Positions 1 to 7,276 of a DNA stretch of 10,674 bases are shown piece by piece (the first letter of the stretch is position 1; each line of letters begins with the position of its first letter). Below the pieces are notes generated by a model, which saw only the letters and a list, made by a program, of their open reading frames with translations, searched no databases and was not told the origin of the DNA. A program made the translations under genes and the position numbers. Source of the DNA: Candidatus Cryosericum sp. (lineage in GTDB: Bacteria; Caldisericota; Caldisericia; Cryosericales; Cryosericaceae); assembly GCA_049699855.1 (NCBI GenBank), contig JBNAWM010000050.1, positions 1-10,674 of the forward strand. The letters are read 5' to 3'.

Positions 1-1
1 G

Positions 2-355
2 ATCCTGCTGGGGCTGGCTGGCTCACGGCATGAGACTGCCGCCCGCGAGCTGGGTGTCCCCTTCGCCGCCGAGGTATTCGCGGACCGCGCCTACCAAGGT
101 GACGGATCGCTGGTCGCCCGCTCCCACCCCGGTGCGGTTCTGCATGATCCCGAAGCGATCGCCGCGCGCGTCGTCCAGATGGTAACCGAAGGGACGGTCG
201 CCTCAGCTCAGGGCAGTACGATCACGCTGCATGCGGACTCGGTCTGCGTCCACGGGGACAACCCTGCAGCACTTGCCATCCTGAGGGGAGTGCGCCGGGC
301 GCTGGATGGCGCCGGCGTCCGTGTCAGTCCTCTGCGCGAGGTGCTCGGCCTTTAG
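2..355 (+). CDS. pxpA: 5-oxoprolinase subunit A (LamB/YcsF family), 3' part; 5' end lies outside the window
   Basis: Not in the ORF track; translated by hand in frame 2: ILLGLAGS...AAEVFADRAYQGDGSLVARSHPGAVLHD...ADSVCVHGDNPAAL...LREVLGL*, TAG at 353-355. EVFADRAY..DG.LV.R...GAV and D(S/T).CVHGD are LamB/YcsF signatures. Confidence 0.93.
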   Translation: MLLGLAGSRHETAARELGVPFAAEVFADRAYQGDGSLVARSHPGAVLHDPEAIAARVVQMVTEGTVASAQGSTITLHADSVCVHGDNPAALAILRGVRRALDGAGVRVSPLREVLGL

Positions 356-824
356 CGGCCAGAACCCTCTGTTCGTGCTCCAGCAGCCACTGCTTGCGCT
401 CCAGTCCGCCTGCGTAGCCGGTGAGGGAACCGTCCGCGCCAAGGATGCGGTGACAGGGGATGATGATGGCAACAGGGTTGTGCGACACCGCCCCGCCGAC
501 GGCATGCGCCGCCTGTGGGCGGCCGATGGTGCGTGCGAGACTGCTGTAACTGGCAGTCCTGCCAAACGGGACATCTGCAAGGGCTGCCCACACCAGCGTC
601 CTAAACTCCGTACCGCGCACGTCCAGGGGAACGGAGAACCGCGTCCTCCTGCCACCAAAGTACTGGCTGAGCTGCGTGATGCAGCGCTGGACCGTTTTCG
701 TCGTGCAGGTGGCCGCAGTGTCGATGCTGTCCACAAACGCCACCGACACGATGCCCCGCTCGGTACCGGTGATCTCCAGCGCTCCGATGTCCGTGAAGAG
801 ATACCCTTTGTCCAGATGCTCCAT
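324..824 (-). CDS. ogt: Methylated-DNA--protein-cysteine S-methyltransferase (166 aa)
   Basis: Active-site IIIPCHRILG, plus GTEFRTLVWAAL, VPFGRTASY and GYAGGLERKQWLLEHE. Start moved from 857 to ATG 824 because GGAGGA (plus-strand tcctcc, 831-836) lies 6 nt upstream. Confidence 0.95.
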   Translation of the reverse strand: MEHLDKGYLFTDIGALEITGTERGIVSVAFVDSIDTAATCTTKTVQRCITQLSQYFGGRRTRFSVPLDVRGTEFRTLVWAALADVPFGRTASYSSLARTIGRPQAAHAVGGAVSHNPVAIIIPCHRILGADGSLTGYAGGLERKQWLLEHEQRVLAAKGRAPRAED

Positions 825-853
825 TCCAGCTCCTCCCACAGTGTCTCCTGGAC

Positions 854-1459
854 TCACCCCTGCGTGGGCAGTTCCTTGATGCGACGCGCCGGCACCCCTA
901 CATACAAGCCGTTGGGCGCGCAGTCCTTACTGACCACGGCTCCGGCCGCGATGACGCAACCGTCCCCGATCGTCACCCCCGGCAGGATCACAGCGCGGGC
1001 GCCGATCCAGCATCCATCGCCGACCGTGATGGGCTGGGGATGCACTCGCCCCGCCCGCTGTGTTGGCGGCCCCGGGAAGTGTGTCGAGGTGCAGAACAGC
1101 ACCTCCATGCCGATGCCACAGTTCTTGCCGATGTGGATGGGCGCCGAGCCATCGAAGAAGCACCGGTAGTTCACAAAGGTGCCCTCGCCGATGGTCACGT
1201 CCCGTCCAGCAAAGTAGCAGTTGGGCCGGATGCCATGTGTCCGGGTGCGGATGCCGTACAGACGCATCAATTGCGCCCTGACGGGATTGGGCAGGAGCGA
1301 GCTGGCCGCCAGCCCATTGATGAAAAAACCTCTCCACATGCGGTCAGCCACGATGCCAATCTCGCTCCATCTGCTCGTTCTCTTCAGCTGTTCTGTCACG
1401 ATCAGTCTCCCTGTGTTGTTGACGCTGCCCTTGCGTTCCGTGCGGTCGACCGGCTCCAC
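854..1459 (-). CDS. Hexapeptide-repeat (left-handed beta-helix) O-acetyltransferase, maltose/galactoside acetyltransferase-like
   Basis: VTIGEGTFVN, IHIGKNCGIG, TSTH, PITVGDGCWIGARAVILPGVTIGDGCVIAAGAVVSKD, GVPARRIK. GTG 1459 is preceded by GAGGGAGG; an alternative GTG at 1399 is preceded by GGGAGA. Substrate unknown. Confidence 0.88.
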   Translation of the reverse strand: MEPVDRTERKGSVNNTGRLIVTEQLKRTSRWSEIGIVADRMWRGFFINGLAASSLLPNPVRAQLMRLYGIRTRTHGIRPNCYFAGRDVTIGEGTFVNYRCFFDGSAPIHIGKNCGIGMEVLFCTSTHFPGPPTQRAGRVHPQPITVGDGCWIGARAVILPGVTIGDGCVIAAGAVVSKDCAPNGLYVGVPARRIKELPTQG

Positions 1460-1489
1460 GGACCTCCCTCGAATATGAAACCGATGGTT

Positions 1490-1518
1490 ATTCTAGTTCA
1501 ATTTCCGATGTTTTGCCA
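1490..1518 (-). promoter_or_regulatory. Putative sigma70 promoter for acetyltransferase-ogt
   Basis: Minus strand reads TGGCAA-17 nt-TAGAAT, 30 nt upstream of the GTG at 1459. Confidence 0.45.
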
Positions 1519-1576
1519 GCACCGGTTTCCTGCAATGCGCTCACTGGTATCGGCGCCAGGAGGCTGTCAGAACGCT

Positions 1577-1608
1577 GGGCGGCGAAAGGTGTATGCCTTC
1601 CGCCGCCC
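1577..1608 (-). terminator. GC-rich hairpin downstream of the lipoprotein gene (possible terminator or pause)
   Basis: Minus strand GGGCGGCGGAAGG-cataca-CCTTTCGCCGCCC, 13-bp stem with one G.U pair (a mismatch on the plus strand, favouring minus-strand function). No clear U tract. Confidence 0.5.
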
Positions 1609-1659
1609 CGTCCCTTGCTCATGGATGTCCGCCGGGCACTTGCCTCGGCCGGGCGCCTC

Positions 1660-2583
1660 TTACGGCAGTTTTATCCCGAGTTTCTTGTTGAGGTCGTAGA
1701 CGTCGATCGTGTATCCACTGCGCTTCGTTGCATCCTTGTCGTTCTGGTAGGAGATGTCATAGCGGGTCATGACCCCTTTGAACTCGCCACTCTTGATGAA
1801 ATAGCCGCTCGCTGTCATGGTGACGCCGCTCACATCCATACTGTACGTATACTTGTCGGTGTCGTACCCGTTGATGGATCCTCCATTGGATTTCTTCCAG
1901 TCCGAGGACTTGTCCTTGATGCTTGAATAGTCGCCCGTCAGCGTACTGATGAATGTGTCTCCATAGCCAAAGTTCTTGGCTTCATCGCCGCTGAAGGTCT
2001 GCCATGTTTCCGCGGTCCCCATCTTGACGGTTCCATCGACCTTGTAGAACTCCAGTTGTGTCTTCCCGTTCTTGTCGCGCATGATGTAGTACTCGCTGTC
2101 AGGCTTCTCCATGCCCCCTTCGATTACGGTTGGCGCTGCGTCCCCTTCCGAGAGTGTCGTCCACTTGTAGCGGTAGCTTGTAAGCGAATCGACCACGGAC
2201 GGATCGCCAATAGACGAGTCGTCCTGGCCAGAGGCGCCCGAGCTTGTCGTGGCACTGGCCATAGTGAGGGAGACGCTCTGGGTGCCCGAGTCAACGGTGA
2301 TTGAATCGGTTCCATCCACATACCCGCTCATGACCGACGCGACGTCGTAGTCGCCATACGTTACGCCACTGAACACCGCCGTTCCGTTGGAACCGGATGT
2401 GGCATTCAATGCCTTGCCATCGCTGTCTGTCAGCGTGACATCCGCTCCTGTCAGGGGTTTTCCACTGTCATCCGTCACGGTGATGGTGACCTTTCCCGTT
2501 TGCACCGTGGCTGTCGGCTTGCCACAGCCTGCAACAAATATGAGACCCACAAGCAGCAGCCCTGCGATCATAATCCTCTTCAT
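1660..2583 (-). CDS. Lipoprotein (307 aa): carboxypeptidase-regulatory-like beta-sandwich domain, Ser/Thr/Gly linker, and LppX/LolA-like C-terminal domain
   Basis: True start ATG 2583 with GGGAGG upstream (not 3495). Signal MKRIMIAGLLLVGLIFVAG|C with lipobox. GKVTITVTDDSGKPLTGADVTL...ATSGSNGTAVFSGVTYGDYDV...GY is the CarboxypepD_reg pattern. C-terminal INGYDTDKY...YDLNKKLGIKLP resembles LppX-like lipoproteins (fold is inference). Confidence 0.82.
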   Translation of the reverse strand: MKRIMIAGLLLVGLIFVAGCGKPTATVQTGKVTITVTDDSGKPLTGADVTLTDSDGKALNATSGSNGTAVFSGVTYGDYDVASVMSGYVDGTDSITVDSGTQSVSLTMASATTSSGASGQDDSSIGDPSVVDSLTSYRYKWTTLSEGDAAPTVIEGGMEKPDSEYYIMRDKNGKTQLEFYKVDGTVKMGTAETWQTFSGDEAKNFGYGDTFISTLTGDYSSIKDKSSDWKKSNGGSINGYDTDKYTYSMDVSGVTMTASGYFIKSGEFKGVMTRYDISYQNDKDATKRSGYTIDVYDLNKKLGIKLP

Positions 2584-2662
2584 ACAAACCTCCCTTTCCA
2601 GAATGGTCTTCAATGCGCGGTCGGGTCGTTCGGACGTGCTGTTTGGAACAGGTGCTGTAGTT

Positions 2663-2687
2663 AGTATAACAAATACGGGGATGTCAA
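2663..2687 (-). promoter_or_regulatory. Putative promoter of the lipoprotein gene (extended -10)
   Basis: Minus strand TTGACA-13 nt-TATACT with TGn directly before the -10 (TGTTATACT). The spacer is too short for canonical -35 use, so support rests on the extended -10. Confidence 0.4.
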
Positions 2688-2717
2688 TCCAGTGCCGAGC
2701 TCTCTCCCGCCAGTTTG

Positions 2718-2726
2718 TGCTACACT
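2718..2726 (+). promoter_or_regulatory. Possible extended -10 promoter for the MFS-phosphotransferase unit
   Basis: TGcTACACT about 50 nt upstream of ATG 2776; no convincing -35. Confidence 0.3.
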
Positions 2727-2775
2727 CATGGTGTTCCATGTGCAGTGCACAACCCTGAGACGCGAGGTTGCATGA

Positions 2776-4062
2776 ATGGTTGATGAGAAAACGGCAGGAG
2801 CGGATTCCCAGAAGACGGATGCCAGGCAGCGTATAAGCGTGCGCGACACGTTTGCGGCCCTGCAGTACCGAAACTACCGCATCTGGTTCGCCGGACAACT
2901 CGTCTCCCTTTTTGGAACGTGGATGCAGGTGACGGCGCAGGGATACCTTGCCTACCAGCTGACCAAGTCGGCGGCCTTCCTCGGCTATGTTGCCTTTGTC
3001 AACGGCGTTCCTGTCTGGCTGTTCATGCTGTACGCGGGTACCGTCGCGGATCGCATTCCCCGCAAGACACTGATGCTCTACACGCAGACATCCATGATGG
3101 TACTGGCCTTCATCCTCGCGATCCTGACTGCCACCGGTGCCGTCCGTCCCTGGCACATCCTCGTGCTGTCGTTTTTGCTGGGCATCGCAAACACCTTCGA
3201 TTCGCCCGCCCGTCTGGCGCTGGTGGACCAGCTTGTCGACGACCGAAAGCACCTGCCCAACGCCGTTGCGCTGAATGGTTCGATGTTCAACGTGGCAACT
3301 GCACTGGGCCCGGCGGCTGCTGGCACTGTCTATGCCCTGCTGGGACCTGCCTGGTGCTTTGCCATCAACGGTCTGTCCTTTCTCGCGGTCATTGCCGCCT
3401 TGCTGTTCATGCGCCTGCGTCCCATTCCCCTGTCGCCGCGTGACCAGCATCCGCTGGCCGGGATCGCTGATGGCCTGAAGTACGTCTGGCATCACGAGAG
3501 CATCCGCGCCATCATCCTGCTCGTGGGCATCACCGCGCTGTTTGGTCTTTCATTCACCGCACTCATCCCCGCCTGGGCCATCAAGGTCCTGCATGGAACG
3601 GCGACGACCGGAGCCACCATCAACGGCCTCCTGCAGTCTGCCCGTGGGGTCGGCGCTCTGCTGGCCGCCTTGACCATCGCCACCATCAGCCATCTCAGGA
3701 TCAAGGGACGCATCGTCACCTTTGGAACCTTCGCCTACCCCGCCGCCCTGCTGGTCTTCGCACTCATCCGGTCCCTCAACCTGTCGTTGGCACTGATGAT
3801 GCTGGTCGGCTTCACCAGCATCCTGGTCGTCAACCTGTGCAACGTCCTCCTGCAGTCCCAGGTGGAGGACTCGGTGCGGGGCCGCGTCAGCGCCGTCTAC
3901 AGCCTGGTCTTCTTCGGCGTCATGCCCATCGGCTCCCTGCTCATCGGCTGGCTGGCAGAGTGGACCAACGAGCCGGTGGCCGTTATTGCCAGCGCCGGCG
4001 CCGCACTGGTGGGCGCGGTCCTCATTTGGATGTTCATTCCACGTCTCCGAACCACACCATGA
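2776..4062 (+). CDS. MFS transporter (MFS_3 / EntS-MefA-like H+ antiporter group), 428 aa
   Basis: FAALQYRNYRIWFAGQLVSLFGTWMQ, motif A GTVADRIPRK, FDSPARLAL, NAVALN, QSQVEDSVRGRVSAVY; about 12 hydrophobic segments; GAGG upstream. Confidence 0.93.
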   Translation: MVDEKTAGADSQKTDARQRISVRDTFAALQYRNYRIWFAGQLVSLFGTWMQVTAQGYLAYQLTKSAAFLGYVAFVNGVPVWLFMLYAGTVADRIPRKTLMLYTQTSMMVLAFILAILTATGAVRPWHILVLSFLLGIANTFDSPARLALVDQLVDDRKHLPNAVALNGSMFNVATALGPAAAGTVYALLGPAWCFAINGLSFLAVIAALLFMRLRPIPLSPRDQHPLAGIADGLKYVWHHESIRAIILLVGITALFGLSFTALIPAWAIKVLHGTATTGATINGLLQSARGVGALLAALTIATISHLRIKGRIVTFGTFAYPAALLVFALIRSLNLSLALMMLVGFTSILVVNLCNVLLQSQVEDSVRGRVSAVYSLVFFGVMPIGSLLIGWLAEWTNEPVAVIASAGAALVGAVLIWMFIPRLRTTP

Positions 4063-4100
4063 GACAACGGTCGGTTTCTGAGAACCATCGGGAGGATGCC

Positions 4101-4913
4101 ATGGAGCACCACATCGGATCTGCCACGTTGATTGGGCGCGGCCGCATCGCAGAGGTCTACACCTGGAGCGACGAAACGGTCCTCAAGCTGTTTGTCCCGG
4201 GCTATCCGGCCAGTCTGGTCCAGCAGGAAGTCGACGGCACACGGGCCGCCAACGCGGCCGGCATTCCGTCGCCTCGCCTGCTCGACGCGATCACCGTGGA
4301 TGGGCGCGCAGGGCTGGTCATGGAACGCCTGACGGGAGCAAGTATCCTGACCCTGCTGGGCCGAGAACCCACCCGCGTGACGCGCTATGCCCGCATCTTT
4401 GCCGAACTGCAGGCACGCATCCACGGGCGCCAGGCACCGGGGCTGACATCCCGCCGCGAGGACCTGGCGCGGAGGATCGCCCGTGCTGGCGTTCTGGCAC
4501 ACGTCAAGGGCAATGCACTGGCAACCCTCGAGCGTCTGCAGGATGGCGATGCCTTGTGCCACAGCGACTACAACCCGGACAACGTGCTGATGACTGCCGG
4601 GGGACCCTTTGTCATCGACTGGTCCTTCGCCACAAAGGGAGTCCCGGCATCCGACGCGGCGCAGACGGCGTTGCTGCTGCGAATCGCCGATGCACCGCCG
4701 GGGTCGTTCTCGGTGGCGTGGGTTGAACGCGAAACCAGGGATCGTTTCTACCGGGCATGGCTTGCTCGCTACCGGGAGCTGGCACCCGATGCAGGGCAGG
4801 CGATGTGGGCCTGGCTGCTGCCGGTGGCCGTAGCGCGCCTCGCAGACGACATCCCCAGCGAACGGCCGCGGCTTCTGACCCTCATCGAGGAGCTGCAGCA
4901 GAAGCGTCAATAA
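4101..4913 (+). CDS. APH/choline-kinase-family phosphotransferase (270 aa)
   Basis: ATG 4101 after GGAGG. LIGRGRIAEVY (Gly loop), VLKL, LVMERL, catalytic loop CHSDYNPDN and metal-binding IDW. Substrate unknown. Confidence 0.88.
   Translation: MEHHIGSATLIGRGRIAEVYTWSDETVLKLFVPGYPASLVQQEVDGTRAANAAGIPSPRLLDAITVDGRAGLVMERLTGASILTLLGREPTRVTRYARIFAELQARIHGRQAPGLTSRREDLARRIARAGVLAHVKGNALATLERLQDGDALCHSDYNPDNVLMTAGGPFVIDWSFATKGVPASDAAQTALLLRIADAPPGSFSVAWVERETRDRFYRAWLARYRELAPDAGQAMWAWLLPVAVARLADDIPSERPRLLTLIEELQQKRQ
4860..4905 (+). repeat. Left copy of a 46-bp direct repeat (attL-like), inside the phosphotransferase 3' end
   Basis: gaacggccgcggcttctgaccctcatcgaggagctgcagcagaagc matches 7231-7276 at 44/46 (differences 4862 a/7233 g and 4878 a/7249 g). 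Confidence 0.95.
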
Positions 4914-5444
4914 TACAGGGAGCCCTTTCCCACTGCATAGACCCTAACAGTCTTTCGACTCTTTTCGTGTCGCAGGATCACTAGCACGCAACCGTGAACA
5001 TATAGTGAATGATTCCGTTCAGACTTCTGGTGCCATCTTCGTTGTATGGGTGAGGGGAATAATGGTCGGCGGTGGCAGGGATATGAGAGAGGGTGTCGGG
5101 CACAAGCTGGAGGAAAACCAGAAATCGTTACCGTATCGTTACTTTCGGTTTGTACAATCTCAGTTGCTAATGAAAGGAGGCACGGGTCATGAAGGCGTAG
5201 AAAGAACGGACGTGAACCCTCGCTGCCGGGAATGTGACAGACGAGAGAACGAGGAAGAAGACACAATGTACTCAAAGAACTTGTAGATTCTTAGGGAAGT
5301 AAACAGGTTTGCGGGGTGATAAGAATCGCTCAAAATGGGTATGAGTAAAACCGGGGCGAGAGCTCCCTCGGAGAAGCTGCGATAAAAGAACTTCTGGTGT
5401 CTTTGAATGACCAGATGAAACTATGATCAAGGAGGGAACAGACA

Positions 5445-6836
5445 ATGAAGGACACATCTAAAGTGATCAGCATACTTTTGGTTTTTGCCCTTCTATTTGC
5501 CTTAACCCCATTTATCAAACCTCTCAATTTCTCTGACTGTTCTTTGCTCGCGGTCAGTATCAACCCTTCAAAGAAATATGCAATTGACTTTGACTTGCCT
5601 CACCTGAAATCAGTTGATACCCTGACAAGAGAGAGCGCAAACAACAATATCACGAAGACCTTCAACTTCAAAGATGGAACAATTGACTACACGCGCCCAT
5701 CTGTAGAAATAGAACAAAACTCTCTTGGTAACTCTTACTCAGGCCTAATGAGATATGGCAACATCCAAACAAACTTTGAAAGAATAATTCTCAAATTCAA
5801 ACATGAAAACTCACCTACCACAGATACCCTTCTTGAGGGACGTCTCACTCTCAATAGCAAGCCCCTCAGAGCCAATATCTTCCTCATGGAAAACGGTTCA
5901 CTTCTTCAATATGCTTCAGTAACAATCCAGGATGAAATGGACAACGTGCTTGCAATGTTCACCCATGGAAAAGCGGACGAAATGCGTCAACCGAAAGATG
6001 GTTCAGAAGATGCCGAGAGTACAGATAATGGCAACCAAGAAGCAATGAGTACCCTTTCAACCAATTCGTTGTCTGCTAATAGTTCTGAAAGGGTATTGAG
6101 GTCCTATGTAAAGGACATGACAATCGGAGACCCCTTCGGAGGAACACCCCCAATAACCGTCCACGCGCTCAGGACTGATGCGATGGCCCAGTATCCATTT
6201 TCAACAAGTATTGGCACGTTGGATCTTCTGTCATTAAGAAGCTGGGGCTTCAGAAAGCCTCTTACCGATGCTTACAGGGCTTTTTATCAAAATGCAGGAT
6301 ACAATCCTTCTCTCATCTATGTCGATTTCGGTGCTTCCTCTGTAGACCATATCATCGAAACAAAATTCCAAAGTGGAGCAGATGCTACTTATAGTTTCCC
6401 TCAGCCATCTGGATATACTACCGTTCCTCTCGGTGTAAGTTTCCCTTTGTACGGCTATGGAAGCATAGGCTATACAATCGGGATGCCAGTTGGTGGTGTA
6501 TCAAAGGCTTGGACGTATAAACAAACCGCAGGGAGTATTCCAGGCATGAACAATTACGCAGAACTTGCCGCAAACTCCTTCTACAATTGCACCTGGAATG
6601 ACAATAGCCTGTTCTGGCCTGACAATGACACAAACCCCTATATATCCAACCCGGGAAGCAGTTTTGGTGGCTTCTACTCACATAGTGTCTTCTTGCTCCA
6701 GGCAACTGGCCCTGGCTTCACCGCTCGCTATACTTCTTCGTATCTGTACAGCATTGGGGTCGGCATACTTGGCCAGGGGGCCGATATCTACTATCTGTCG
6801 TCCTATAACACGTTCGATCCAGTAACACTTGATTGA
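5445..6836 (+). CDS. Hypothetical exported protein, 463 aa
   Basis: Long ORF in AT-rich DNA, AAGGAGGG 8 nt upstream, N-terminal basic plus hydrophobic signal/anchor (MKDTSKVISILLVFALLFALTP). No family recognised. Confidence 0.85.
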   Translation: MKDTSKVISILLVFALLFALTPFIKPLNFSDCSLLAVSINPSKKYAIDFDLPHLKSVDTLTRESANNNITKTFNFKDGTIDYTRPSVEIEQNSLGNSYSGLMRYGNIQTNFERIILKFKHENSPTTDTLLEGRLTLNSKPLRANIFLMENGSLLQYASVTIQDEMDNVLAMFTHGKADEMRQPKDGSEDAESTDNGNQEAMSTLSTNSLSANSSERVLRSYVKDMTIGDPFGGTPPITVHALRTDAMAQYPFSTSIGTLDLLSLRSWGFRKPLTDAYRAFYQNAGYNPSLIYVDFGASSVDHIIETKFQSGADATYSFPQPSGYTTVPLGVSFPLYGYGSIGYTIGMPVGGVSKAWTYKQTAGSIPGMNNYAELAANSFYNCTWNDNSLFWPDNDTNPYISNPGSSFGGFYSHSVFLLQATGPGFTARYTSSYLYSIGVGILGQGADIYYLSSYNTFDPVTLD

Positions 6837-6905
6837 TGTTCCTGAGACATTGAGGTAATATCAAGCCTTCTCCAAGAAGGGGCAGGCTTTTCCAGGAGGT
6901 TCTTC

Positions 6906-7202
6906 ATGCAAAAACAACTGAGAATCAAGAGCGTGTCGGTTGAAGACTTCACGAAGTTTGGCTTTTGGGTTGGCATCGTCTTGGCTATTGGTGGAGATAT
7001 CGCCATTCTTATGTCTCCGACTTCAAGAGTAACAGCAGGAATTCCCTTCTTCACGTATAATGCAACGCGTTCCTTTTCAGGCATTCTCATCTTCTCTGTC
7101 CTCGCAGTCTTGTCATCAACATTTGACCTCCTGCTTGCTGCACTATTCTCAAACCTTGTCCTCAAACTCTCAAAGGGGATTTCAATAGAAATCGAAGAGT
7201 AG
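6906..7202 (+). CDS. Small two-TM membrane protein, 98 aa, DUF3566-like
   Basis: AGGAGG 6 nt upstream. Pattern LRIKSVSV..F.K, two hydrophobic helices, then SNLVLKLSKGISIEIEE resembles DUF3566-type proteins (from memory, not searched). Confidence 0.75.
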   Translation: MQKQLRIKSVSVEDFTKFGFWVGIVLAIGGDIAILMSPTSRVTAGIPFFTYNATRSFSGILIFSVLAVLSSTFDLLLAALFSNLVLKLSKGISIEIEE

Positions 7203-7230
7203 AACGACCACAAGAGACACTTTCAAAGGA

Positions 7231-7276
7231 GAGCGGCCGCGGCTTCTGGCCCTCATCGAGGAGCTGCAGCAGAAGC
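7231..7276 (+). repeat. Right copy of the 46-bp direct repeat (attR-like)
   Basis: gagcggccgcggcttctggccctcatcgaggagctgcagcagaagc; 44/46 identical to 4860-4905. Confidence 0.95.

Larger units (their letters stand above)
4906..7230. mobile_element. Lower-GC mini genomic island flanked by direct repeats; no integrase or transposase ORF
   Basis: Bounded by the 46-bp repeat. Spot GC counts 37% (5461-5520), 30% (5761-5820), 42% (6301-6360) versus 70% (4381-4440) in the flank; codon usage rich in A/T-ending codons. Confidence 0.78.

Noticed and set aside
306..1169. 287-aa plus-strand ORF and other ORFs overlapping ogt and the acetyltransferase
   Set aside because: Antisense or off-frame to genes with clear motifs; typical high-GC shadow ORFs.
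2584..3495. N-terminal ~300 aa of the 611-aa minus-strand ORF
   Set aside because: Antisense shadow of the MFS gene; SD, signal peptide and lipobox place the real start at 2583.
3837..4100. N-terminal extension of the phosphotransferase ORF (358-aa version)
   Set aside because: Overlaps the MFS gene out of frame; GGAGG supports ATG 4101.
3897..4910. 337-aa minus-strand ORF
   Set aside because: Antisense to the phosphotransferase; no motifs.
5005..5286. 93-aa ORF with a CxxC (and the opposite 122-aa ORF 4907-5275)
   Set aside because: No SD at the start, no recognisable domain, no integrase or excisionase motifs; a small gene cannot be fully excluded.
5345..5385. Resemblance to a c-di-GMP-I riboswitch (GTAAAACC, stem, GAGA loop)
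   Set aside because: Lacks the GACGCAAAG junction and the second stem with tetraloop receptor.
5089..7224. GAGGGTGTC / GACACTTTC as terminal inverted repeats of an IS-like unit
   Set aside because: Only 7/9 complementary, does not extend, and no target duplication seen.
4906..7230. Integron cassette interpretation of the island
   Set aside because: CTAAC occurs near 4944 but there is no matching GTTRRRY-ended attC palindrome at either boundary.
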